64,000 bases of DNA from Azolla caroliniana. Lineage: Eukaryota > Plantae > Polypodiophyta. Location of the stretch: NCBI GenBank assembly GCA_043228905.1, contig JBHGNT010000011.1:20150001-20214000 (forward strand), read 5' to 3'. Under the pieces are notes generated by a model, which was not told the DNA's origin, searched no databases, and was given only the letters and a program-made list of their open reading frames with translations. Both the position numbers and the translations under genes were made by a program. Below are positions 1 to 12,215 of the stretch, one piece after another (position 1 is the stretch's first letter; each line of letters starts with the position of its first letter).

Positions 1-280
1 GTAAGGGTAGATGGGGTGTTTGTGAGTAGCAGAGCTGGTGGTCTATAAATGACTGTCTTGCAGATGCTGTGAGGTGATCGGCTGAAATGCGTCGATGGCA
101 CGATATGGCAAGGTGTCTCAAGGGTGGTCTGATTTGGGGTGGCATTGATTGTTTTGAGCCCACTGTCTGGAATGCCACGTGTGTTTACTTTGAGCAAATG
201 TTGGCGCAAGGCCTTGAACCAAAAAATATCGAATGGATCTCAATCCTGGTGAGAATATCTGCTGAGTTTGGTTCCTAATG
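1..280 (+). pseudogene. Degenerate PLS-type PPR fragment
   Basis: Broken frames read VFVSS..LV.YK..LADA and WNA..YFEQMLAQGLEPKNIEWISIL, resembling S/P PPR motif pieces; interrupted by stops and frameshifts. Confidence 0.4.
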
Positions 281-767
281 GGAGGAAAGAACCTACGAAA
301 TATTTCCTTGGTAGCCATGTGCGAACTGGAAAGAACCCAGCTTGAAAATCTGTGTGGCCTAGCTGTGCGAATTGTAATCTAGAGAGGTGTCCTCTGCAAT
401 GAACCTAGCGAACAATATACCTCTAATACAAAGGGAAAGAAAGAAAGAAAGAAAGAAAATGTTACCCTGGCATCTCTTTAAGGCCCAAATTTCTCTATGA
501 GACAAATTGGAGGGTGTCATTCAGGTACAAAAGAATGGTATAATTATTGTAGCAATGAAACACAAATACAAGGAATAATGGGGTGCATCAGAAATTGCTC
601 TTTATGATGAGTTGAAATTACATTTTTGTTACTGTTTTCTCGAAGATGGAATCAAACCATGGGGAACTATCAAAAACAATTCATTTATGTTTTTAAATCG
701 TTTGAGCAAAAAATGTCAATGGTATATATAGTTCTCATTTTGCTAATGTCAGTTCCCATGTTTGCAG

Positions 768-3700
768 TATGAAAGGCAGCAACGTAAATTACTTGTAGAG
801 ATGATGAATGAAAGACGGAAGTGGTACATGCAGAATACACAAGTATGTACATTTTTCTGTTGAATAAAGAGTTAAACTTGAACAGAAATTGACTTCTATG
901 GGTGCTTTTCTTGTAGCCTTTGTCACCATTGGAACCTTGTGAGTGGTTAAACAAGTTGATCATGAACATATGGCCAAACTATATGGAACCAAAGCTTTCC
1001 CATAGGTGTGCTGCCTTGCTGATGGTAAGTAAAGACGATGGTAAGACTAATAACTTGCCTCATCCTGAGTATATTCCTTTCTTCTGGATATATGCAACTA
1101 AAGAAGAAGTAATCGAGACTCCTATTGTCTTCTATTTTCCAGAAAACATTGAAGCAAAAGAAACCAAAGTTCATTGTGAGTATATTAAAAAACATTCTAT
1201 CAGATATAGAGTGCACGTGTCTCTATCAGATATGAACAAAATCTATTGGGTGTCTATGGGCATTGGGTATAGTTTTCTTCTTCAGAATGACCATTTTACT
1301 AGGATATGCAGTAGTTCTCTAATTCGTGGAACTTTGGCTCTCGATGAAGGAAAATATAGAGTTGGAGGAGTTTTCTCTAGGATTAGCACCACCGACTGTG
1401 GGGCTTGATTGCACATATTGGACGAGAGATGGCGATGAGGTTTGATATACTCTTACTAGTTTTTTGAGTGTGGTAATAACCAGTTTTGACATTGCTTTGC
1501 TCTCCCTAATTTCTTGGAATCTCATTCTCTTAATGGAATTTAGTTGATTCTGTGTATAAACTTGAGATGCAGCAAAGTTAAGTTTTGCATCTTTGGTTTC
1601 TAGGAGATCCTTCACACAGGGCTCAATTGGAACTCTGATGAAATGAGCATTGTGTTATCGATGACAATTGCAGGAATAAGAGTAAATGCTGTCATCAGAA
1701 ATTTGCAAGTGAAGGGTGATGTATGATTCTATTTTTGTAAAAAGATTTTGGGTCTAAATGTACTACCCATCTTTAATGTCAATTTGGTCTATATATGTTT
1801 TACTTTAAATATGTATTTCATTTTCACTTTTCACAGCTCAAGATTGTACCTGTTCTTCATGGAAAATGCGTCCTATATTCGTTTGAATCACCTCCTGAAG
1901 TTCGGATAGGTGTGACTTTTGGTGTGTTGGAAATACCCGGCATTGCTTCTCTCCTGGTTTGTTTTGGCTTTTTGCGCAAACATGTTGAAATCTGGAAGAT
2001 ATTTATAATGTATAATTTGTTACTAATATGTGTAAATGTTTTCTACAGGAGAAAATGTTGCTTCGAAGTCTGGTGAAGACAATGGTTGAGCCACATCGAA
2101 GCTGTTTATCATTTCCCTCGGTCAACCTTAATAAACGTGTTTCTGGAGGCACTATAAGTGTTATGGTCATTTCTGGAAACAATCTAGGGGCAGTAGCAAA
2201 TGCAGGAGTTATAGAACGAAAAGATCGAAGTATGTTTGTTGTGGTAACACTGGAAAATGTATCACGAAAGACGAAATTTTCTGATGGAGATCTGTCACCA
2301 CATTGGGATGAAACATTTAAGATGATGCTGGATGGAAGTACAGGGAGTATTTATTTCAATGTCTATGAAAAAGAATTGGAAAATTGTGGCCTACGATCTC
2401 TTGGTCAATGTAAAATTAAGGTATCTAAAATGGTGATTCCTTTTGCTGCTCTAAAAAGTACATCTCAATAAGCAATTAATTTGGAACTTGGTTGATTTGA
2501 TTGTATTTATGTTTTCATGTTTTCTATAGGTGAAGTATATCCAAGATGATTCCACTGTATTTTGGTGTATTGGAAGGAATAATAACTCTATAGCTGTTCT
2601 TGCGGAACATTCAGGGAAAGAGGTTGAAATGAAGGTTCCACTCATTGGATCCGGTTGTGCTGAGGTCCATATTTCAACGATTTCTCATTTGCAAATATTA
2701 AACCAGAAATAGCTTTATTGAGCATCATATATAAGTTAACATGAGACCATGAACAAGTATTATTTTGGAAACTATTTCTGCTAGATTAAAAATTTAGCTT
2801 TTCCTTGATCAGCATCAGAATTAATGGAATTGAATATTTGCAAATATAAAACGGAAATAGCTTTATTGAGCATATAAGTTTTACATGAGACCTTTAGCAA
2901 ATGTTATATCGGAAACTATTTTTGTTAGCTTAGAATAGTACCTTTTCAATGATCAACATCAGGATTAATGGAATTGAATAACTTTTTTCTTTTGAGAGAG
3001 GGTAAGATGGAGAGGGAGAATTGAGAATGACATATTGACACTATGACCAGTTCTGTTGCAGTTAACTGTCAAACTTGTGCTGAATCAGTGGCATTTTATT
3101 GATGGTGCTATGGAACCACCCTTGCATAGCATACTCAGTTCTGTCTCCAGATTTCAGCAGAGCACAGGCAGAGTCATGAAGATCACAGTTGAAGAAGGAA
3201 GAAATCTTGCTGCAAAGGATAAGCTTGGGAAGAGTGACCCTTATGTTCTACTGCAATATGGAAAGGTATGCACGAGTACAGAATTAATTATTTGTAATAA
3301 TTTTCTGAAATCACTTAATCTTTAGTTTAATTGCTATATTCCTGTGATAATAATGTGCATGTTCTAAAGAGCTTGTTTAATCCAGTTTTTCTTCTGTCAA
3401 TCTAATTCTGATTCTTTAGATATTACTAGGTAGATCTCTTTTTTTTATCTGTCATATTGGGCTTACTGTAGTGGTAATCTATACACAGTTCATAGGTTCA
3501 AATTGCTATTTCACATGTCTTTATTACATCATATATCACTATTCTTAAACTACATGCTACAGCAGTGTATTGAACTAATGACTTCAATAGTCTCAAAACA
3601 TTTGACATAACCATCTCAACTATGGCCTGATTGTCAAGCTAGATGTATCTCTCTCTTATTCACTATTTTCCATGCAGACTGTAAGAAGAACAAAGACAGT

Positions 3701-5771
3701 ATCCCAGAATCTAGACCCATCTTGGAATCAGACATTTGAATTTGCAGAAATTAGTGGAGAAGAATATCTGAGGCTAAAATGTTATGATGCTGATACGTTG
3801 ATTGACGATTCATTGGGAAGTGCACGTGTTAACGTGGAAGGTCTTGAAGATGACGAGTGCAGAGATATGTGGGTACCACTTGCGAATATGGAAGTGGGTG
3901 AAATTAGGCTCATCATCAAAATGCTTCCATCACAATCTATAAGCAATGAGCCTGAGGTTGTTTGCTACAGCTACTCCATGAAACCCGATATCTTACTGTA
4001 AAGAAAATACTCTTGTTCGAAGAGGTGTTGTGAATGTTGTTAAGTATGTTTCTTAATGCAGGCAGCAAATACAAGACATGGTATGCTCGAGTTAGTGCTT
4101 GTTGAGGCACGGGATTTAATAGCGGCTGATTTATGTGGAACGAGTGATCCATTCATAATTGTTCAGTATGGTAAACAAAGGAAGCGAACCAAGGTTTGTC
4201 ATCATTTGTCTCTAAGTTTATGTTAATGGCTCCAACCCCTTCGTTTATGTACCTTCAAAGCTCACATCCTCTTAACCTATGTATTGCCCTTGCTTGCAGA
4301 CTCCCTTAATCCTATCCCTGCATCACGTGCTTGGCCTTATATGTAAATGGTTCACACTGCCCCTCTCTTAGCCTTTATTTTTTTAGAGTCCACAATATGC
4401 AATGGATGAATGCTGAGGAAGAACATATGGTGTTGTCAACCACATAAGTATTTTTTACCTCTCTATAATATTATATCGTCTCTCTTCCATTCCAAAACAA
4501 AGACACAAAAGTTTTATATAGGCTAAGAACGGTAACTCTCTCTTTATTCTTGTGAACTGTGATGTCTCTTCTATGCCCTTGGTGCGGAGGGGTTATCCTC
4601 TGTCATCATTCTTAATGAAAGGTCAACACTTATTAAGATTTGGCTCTCTATTTGAGCCTATATATTTTTGCACACTCTTTGAGACTGCCTCTCGCTGTTT
4701 TCAGTTATGTCATCTCTTTTTTGGCTATATTTTTCCAGCTTGCTTTACACAAGTCACAACACTTTTCCATGTTTTTTGTGTACATTCCATTTGTGTTTAA
4801 GAACTCAGTAGTTTGGCCATGGGTTCTTTGTATTTTTTCTTATTCTGAGGAAGAACAGCATGTTAGTTTATTTTGTTACATCTTTCTTTGTTCTCTTGAC
4901 CTAGTAATTTATACGCTTGTAATCTTGCCGTTGCTCATAATATAATATGATACCTTTTAGAATGGAAGTTTTCTCATGTCTACCATAGGCCAAAACCAGC
5001 CTATGAGAACAATACATGTGCAGATGTTATGTGTGTTCTGGATCTCCAAAACAAAAAGAAGAAGGGATTTGAACTGTTGAACTTGGCATCTATGCCTCAC
5101 CACTGGAGAGAGAATATACTACTAAATCTTATGGAGGGAGAGAAAATTTTAGCTGGTTTGTAGGTTATTCACAGGACCTTAAATCCACGATGGAATCAGA
5201 CATTACAATTTTTGGAGGATGAAAATCAAACCTTAAAGCTTCATGTCAAGGATCACAATGCACTCTTGCCAACCTCGAGCATTGGTGATTGTGTTGTTGA
5301 ATTCAAAACCTTGCCAGAAAATGAGACAAAAGACTTTTGGATCCCTCTTAAAGGAGTTAAGAAGGGAGAAGTTCACGTAAAAGTTACAAGACGATTTCAC
5401 GCGGAAAAGATTGTACCCAAGAACAAACAATGCACGAGTGCAAATGGAGTATTTGCGCAGATGTCCTCAGCAGTCAGTGTTTCCCATTGATTATTATTTT
5501 GAGTGCAATTTGAATATTGTCTTTATGTGACACTAGTTATTCCTCATCTTATTTCTTTATACATTTGTGGCAGATTTCAGGCATAGTAGAAGCACATGAG
5601 CTGGCTGAAGATGGTGATATGGCTCAATTGTGCAACAAAATTGCAGAGATTGAATCCATTGGGACTGAACAAGATGTACACATTGCGCAAGTACTCAGGG
5701 AGAAAGAGATGCTCCTCTCTAAGATAAGTGAGTTGGAAAGATCCCTCACAAACCAAAAATCAATCCTCTAA
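768..5771 (+). CDS. SYT6: Synaptotagmin-like SMP + multi-C2 protein, SYT6/SYTF (NTMC2T3) type; 5' end (TM exon) not located in window
   Basis: GT-AG exons approx. 768-842, 917-1024, 1143-1175, 1350-1439, 1604-1720, 1837-1956, 2049-2420, 2531-2664, 3062-3265, 3678-3956, 4062-4193, 5164-5472, 5574-5771. They give PLEPCEWLNKLIMNIWPNYMEPKL, IELEEFSLG, LYSFESPPEVRIGV (SMP), C2 motifs GRNLAAKDKLGKSDPYV, ARDLIAADLCGTSDPF, LNPRWNQ, and a C-terminal coiled coil. This matches my recollection of Arabidopsis SYT6/NTMC2T3. Confidence 0.88.
2706..2980. repeat. Imperfect ~150-bp tandem duplication in a SYT6 intron
   Basis: gaaatagctttattgagcat...acatgagacc...ggaaactattt...tgatca(g/a)catcag(a/g)attaatggaattgaata occurs twice, at ~2706 and ~2854. 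Confidence 0.8.
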
Positions 5772-8500
5772 AGGTGCTGCGATCTTCAAAGCTCTCTTCC
5801 AACTGAAGAAGGTTGGATTTCCTTCCGTCATTATTGTGAAACTCACTCATGGCACATTAATAGTAAACATAGTTCCTCTTCAATTTCCAACTTTTAACAT
5901 AATCCTTAGTTTTTTCAATGAATTGGTTGGTTTTTGGGGAGATGGAGTTGAACCCCTGACCTATTTATTGTCTTAAAGGTTTTGGGACATGATGTGTACA
6001 TAAAGACATGTTTTTTCCTTGGACAGGCTGGATACGAAAGTGATTACTAGGAAAATCTGAATGCCAGTGTGTACCATTATGCCTTGGAAGGTAAGGCCTA
6101 TTATCCAAGATCTTGGTTGTTATTGGAATTAACTGGAGAAGTTGGATGCAAGGTCCCTTTGTTACGACAGCAGTCTTCAACCATGTTCAATTGGGCCCAT
6201 TGTCGACCATAACACAGAGCATTAAAGAGGTCGCGTCCACACAAATAAATTCCTCTTCAACACCCAAAATTAATTTTAAAATAAGATGAAAGGTCTCCCT
6301 TAAGGTTTCATAACCAAAGAGGAAGTGTTGTAACCAATAAAAAGCCCGAGGTAGAATGCACATTGAGTTGTATCATATGAGTTGCAAGGTTCTTCCTTCT
6401 CTCGAAATTTGTTGTGAAATGTATGATTTTCTTGTTGTACAATATATGGAGAGTTTGCATCTACCACCAAAGGTGGTTTGATTGCTTGTGGATCATCAAA
6501 AGGAATGCTTGCATCAAAACGTTGTACACTTTTGAATTCAAATGCTTCAGGTATATGGCAATTTTATAATGCTTTTAAAGATGATCTTTATTTTCCAAGT
6601 ACATAAATTAGAACTTGTCTCATATTTATGTCATCTAGTGAGGTTTGTGAGAAATTTAAAGGCAATACTTCCTCATTATGCGTTAGCACATAACACCTTG
6701 TCACTTTTCATCTCTACAGTTGCCATTGTCACATACTTAACTTTGAGGTTGTGACCATTCAAGCAAAGATAATACATTTGTTCTCTATTTTTTCTTGGTT
6801 TTGACCGAGTGAATCAACACTCAAATTTACTAGAGATTCTTCACTTTGTACCATCTTTGGAGTTGGTGCATGACACATATACCACAAAAAATCAAAGGAA
6901 TCCCAATCTTGCATTCCATTTTCATTGAAGTGTCAACTAGGCCCCTCGTACTTATCAAGAAAAACTTGTGAGCTTGCGTAAATCAGGAGATTTGTAGCCG
7001 TCTAAATTGTTCCGTTTCCAATACTCATTGTCATCTCTTGTTGAGTCACCTTTTTAGAGAAACAAAAAAGCATGTGGCAATATCAACACTTCATTTTTCA
7101 ATGCTTTCCAATGTCCATGTTTCTTTGCAAGCTTGCCTGTTTCTATATCCAATGTGACATTTAGGATCTATATCCAATGTGACATTTAGGAGAGCCATTA
7201 TGTATTGTTTACATATTTCACAAGATTTTCACTGCTAAATTTCCCCAAACTTAATTGTGGAGACGAATAAGGCTAGTCAAAGATACCTTTCCAAGCATTT
7301 ATGTCAATTCTCTTCTGCATCCGAACACATTGATAATATGTTTGTTCACATGTTTGAGCATTATATGCATTTTCTTTGTAGACAAGGAAGTTAAAATCAT
7401 GTTGTCATTAGGTGACATAGTTCTATGCGAGATTCAAGAACCATTTGAGGTCCGTGTGATTCGATTTAACAAATAAGCCATTGGAAATTTAATAAACATT
7501 TGTTGAATCACATGTTTATTACAAAGGGAATATTTGGATCGTTAGTAAAAACATGAAGAGTCATAATTATTTGTAGCATGCAAATGCACTCTTAGTTGAA
7601 GTGAGATATGATCATTCCAAAACTAAGAGCTTGATCCCCATTTGTCATTATTGAGTGATTGCCACAATAGCTCTTGTCCACCTTGCGGTTGCATGCAATT
7701 AGCCTTCCCCAATAATATGAGATGTTGGTAGCTTGCAAGCTCAATAATGAGCTTGTATTGGTTCTAGAGAGCAAGTAACTTCTCTCTTTCTATGTACACA
7801 TTAGTATGGCTTGCTTTATGAGATTAATAAAATTTCAATGCCAAACTTTAAAGCGCTTATGAACGATTTAATTTTAAAAATTCACTTGCATACACAATCA
7901 ATACATCGGCTTCTTTTCCGTCAACCATTCCCCAAAAGGAGTTGTGTAAGTAGCATTCCAACTTAGTTTCCGAACAATCGATATCGTTAACATCAAAGGC
8001 TCGGGTATCTAAAGCAAGGCCATGCTATGCTAGCTCATAGAATGTGAGACACCACAACAAAGCTACGAGGGTAAGAGAAATGCGGGAAAGCCGATACCAC
8101 ATCTTATGGACAAGACCATGGTGGGGGTGGTGATGGTGTCCACTGTCCACCAAGGAACAACACATGAGCATACAGGGTCTTGACTTTTTGCGGTCTTAAT
8201 AGTAAGAGAGATGATGTGGCTTAGGGTTTTTGAGTATGTACATGGATGTCTTTTAACACATTAGAGTTTTAAGAGTTTGAGAATAATAGAAACAAAACCC
8301 TTGCCACCTCTGTTACTAATTTCGGCTGAAATGGAGCTTTCACCTCTTCCTCGCCTCCTCGATCCTTTCCTTTCTCCTTTAAAAACAAACGGCGGCATTT
8401 ACTTTTTCTCTCTCATCACAGAGAACCTCTCTGCATCAAAGAAAGTGATAAGACTAGAGAGAGAGAGAGAGAGAGAGAGAGAAGCTAAGTTCTTGCAATC

Positions 8501-9866
8501 ATGTTGGTTTATCAGGATCGTCTGTCGGGTAATATTTCTCTGCCTATTTTCGTTTGTTGGGTGCATGTTTTTTCCAAAAAACTATCAATAGCAAGAGATA
8601 TCTCTTCTTATATGTGGATATTGATCTTTTTTGAAGTAAGTAATGAAAGAATGATTGATGACGTAAATTATATTATGTCTTTGTTTCTTGTTACACATTT
8701 ATTCCTAAAAACTATTGAGCAGAAAGAGATTTCAACTCCTTCTATCCTAACATTTCTTTTTTGGATTATCTACTGAAAATTTTGATTGATGACGTGAATT
8801 TGTTTATGTCTTTGTGTCTTTCTCCCATGCCTTTTTTTGTGACGTATTTTATTCACCATTATTATCTCTCAAATGACCGTAGCTGCTTGTTTCTAATTTT
8901 TGCTGATTTCATTATTGAAGTTTAGATGCAATGATACATCATTATGTAAAAAATATGAATGTCTCCCTATGTCTTTCTATATGGAATTATGAAAACCGAG
9001 TTCTGTTTTTTTGTTATCAAAGGTGATGAGCTCTTATCAGATTCTTTCCCCTACAAGGAGGTGTTTGATGGAATTTTGTGGGAAGTAGATGGGAAGGTAA
9101 TTGCCATGTCAAGCTTTTTCAACATCGTAACTTATTAATCACAATTCCAAGATTCTATTTTTTAAGGAAATTGTTCTTGTTTAATTGAATAGTGGATAGA
9201 GAAAGGTCCCGTCTCTGTGGATATTGCAGCAAATCCTCCATTTGAAGGCGTATCAGAGGATGAAAAAGTTGAAGATAAACCGGTTAAGACAATAGACATA
9301 GTAGATGCATTCATCCTTCAAGTAAGCATCATGAAATATAGTGCTACAATAAGAACATTGTGGTATTATTTTTTTTCTGGAAAAGTGGTACTGTTAACCT
9401 ATGAGCTCATGGTTTAGTTTTCGATTCGTGCTGGTTTTAGGATTTGATGGGATTCCTCTTGAAATTCGTTATTGGTTGATGCAGGAACAACCGCCAATGG
9501 ATGAGACATCATTTTCCAATTACCTTGACAGATTCGTAACAAAGCTGACTCCACAGTTACCAACGGAACGGCATGATCACTTCAGAAAGAACGCCGATGC
9601 AGCTGTGAAGTGGCTCAAGTCCAAAGTGAAAGACCTTAAGTTGTATGAAATGAATCATTATATTTTGTCTCGGTTCCATCTGTACAATTTCTAAATTACC
9701 TTGTATATTCTTTGCACTTTCAAGCTATTAACATTTTCTTTCATGCAGTTTTGTTGGTGAAAACATGAAGGAAGATGCCTCTCTTGTATATTCATATTAT
9801 AAGGAGGGAGCAAGCAATCCAACGTTTGTGTACTTTGCCGATTCCTTGAAGGCTGTGGAGTGTTGA
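8501..9866 (+). CDS. TCTP: Translationally controlled tumour protein (TCTP), 168 aa, divergent paralogue
   Basis: Exons 8501-8528, 9023-9096, 9193-9321, 9485-9642, 9749-9866 total 507 nt. Product [35 protein letters not shown]...FFVGENM...[23 protein letters not shown]; typical plant TCTP 5-exon structure. Confidence 0.95.
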
Positions 9867-10559
9867 GCTGTTCATCCCACCTGGAACTGAACTTTGCAAC
9901 ATATGCATAATATTCCATACTATCTGATAATACTGTAAAATATATATGTAAATTGTTTCTGTAATTAAGGTGTAGAAATTTTGTACTTAATGATGTAGGT
10001 GTTGCGTAGCCAATTACACCTTTAACACAGGTTAACAAGGTTACAGCTTGTTTCAAAATTAAAAGCTGAAATGGTTTTCTAATTAGCACAGGTTTAGCAG
10101 TTTAAAGTTTTTTGTGTCTGTAATTAAGATGTAGTAGGTATTCTGTAGCCCAAGGTTACAGCTTATTTGGAAAAGAAAAAGGCTTGTTTTTCTAAATTTG
10201 TTTGTGCATGTATGTGGGCATGTGTACTGAGGTTTAGACATTTGTAGAGATTATTTGCGGGAAAAAACAAAAAAAGGATTATCCCCCCAAAAAAGTGCGT
10301 GAACCTTGTCCAGCAACTTGCAAAAAGACCAATTTCTGTATGCAAGTTGTGGAGTGAACGCTAACGTAGAGCATTTTCAAAGCTTGTGAGTTGTATTTGT
10401 GTATTATAAAATTTCTTATGAATGCATATAATCAAGACATGGAGCATATGAATGCAGACGTAGAGCATTGTGTATTGTAAAATGGCTTATGAATGCAAAT
10501 GGAGGATTTGTGAGGTGCATTGTTTTGTACACTCCATGGGACACTTATTTAGGTGAAAT

Positions 10560-10900
10560 AAATACCGATCCGGTAGCTGTTGATGTCCTTCCTAGGTGGG
10601 CAATTGAGGAAGCAGCTTATCTGACCATCCAACCATGATCGGCTGTTGCCTAATGGAACATTAGTGCACATGTAAACAAGATGTTCACCACATCCCAACT
10701 TACAATGTTTGTAGATAGTGTAATCAATGATTTGATGTTTTGGCAAAACGAGGATATCACAGGACCTGAAATGATCCAATGCCATCTCTGGAAAAGTTGA
10801 TACAGGATTTCAAAAGATTCAATGACATCTGGAAAAGCTGATATTATTAGTTGGAACTCATCCAATGCACCACACTCCATGTACACAAGAAAGCCACTAT
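10560..10900 (-). pseudogene. Degenerate PPR-like relic
   Basis: Minus-strand pieces VYMECGALDE, NIVSW and HLVYMC resemble the PPR ALVDMYxKCG / DVVSW motifs; no continuous frame. Confidence 0.3.
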
Positions 10901-11109
10901 TTGTGTTGTTTATGAATGGATGGTATAAACATTAAGATTGTCACATTGTATTTGTAAAAGAGCAAACCAATATAAGCGTATCACTAACCAACCACCAAAT
11001 ATATCTTTACTTGGTTCTGGTTTTGCAGTTATATTTAGATCAGATTTCCCCATTCCCCAACTGACTTAGTCCCAATCTAGCAAGGACCATGATTCCAAAT
11101 TGAAGCCAG

Positions 11110-11767
11110 TAGGAATTGGCAATGGTTCGGTTTAGGAACTGGTTTGGCCTTACCCAAGCCAAACCAGTTAAGCCTAAACCGTTTCGGAGTTCTCAAACCT
11201 AAACCAAACCAAACCAAATCAATCCCTAAACCGGTTTTTCTGGGAACCGGTTTGGGACAAAAAACCGTAGAGGTGTGAAGAAACCCAAAAATCATCACTA
11301 CCACTTCGTACTCTTCTTCTCCTCATATAACTCCCACCCCCCTTGGCCTTACCACCGATGAGTCCTACTGCGAGTCCCACCTCCACGACTCCCTCTTTGT
11401 AGACTATGATTGATTGGTCAATGTAACCCTTCCCGGACCGCTCGATTGCTATTTGCCCATCCCTCAACCACCTTCATGTCGAGCTCGCCGTGTCCTAGGT
11501 CCAATTCGGAGAGAATTGGAGCTTCAATTAAGTTTTCACCTATATGTACAGAAAGAAGAAACAATGTATACATAACGAGGTCCTCGTCATTGTCCCTAAA
11601 CCCTAATTATTAAATAAGATAAACCGGTTTGAGCCAGTTTGGCAAGGCTCAAGCCAAGCCGAGCTCAAACTGTTTGCGTGGCTCAAGCCTAAATCGACCC
11701 CAATCGCTAAGCCGTTTAAAACCGATTTAGCTAGTTTAGGCTTGAGCCGAGCCGTTCCCGATCCCTA
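11110..11767. mobile_element. Non-autonomous hAT-type DNA transposon (658 bp)
   Basis: Perfect 8-bp TSD GAAGCCAG at 11102-11109 and 11768-11775. Imperfect TIRs TAGGAATTGGCAATGGTTCGG... / ...CCGAGCCGTTCCCGATCCCTA. Dense subterminal AAACCG/AAGCC repeats; no transposase. Confidence 0.9.
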
Positions 11768-12215
11768 GAAGCCAGGTTGAATATTAACCACTTCCAAGTG
11801 GTAGTTTGGTGAATTTGAGATGAACAATACCTATAATCTGGTTTGTAAAATATAAATGAACGTACCTAATCCATAGCAACAATATATGTTTGTATAAATT
11901 TCTGATCGTTCCTATTCTTCATCTTCTTGTTTGCCATTAATCTACTTTTACATCAGCCATATCATACTGTTATCTTCAAGGTAATAAAATGGAACCAATG
12001 AGCATGGATCTTCATCAAGGACTAGATACAATCATTGACCCAACTTGTCACCAAATCACAAATAGAATACAACAATCGATCAACGAAATACCCGACGTGC
12101 ATCTCTTTTAGCCTTTCAAAGAATCAGTGAAAGATAAAAATTGATGAGTCATTTGAAGTTTCTCGCTGTTACTCAGTTGCTGATCTCTCATGTACCTATT
12201 TACACATTTCAATTG

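Noticed and set aside
5965-7900. Possible decayed transposase or gene on the minus strand
   Set aside because: Coding-like composition, but many stops and no motif I could assign.
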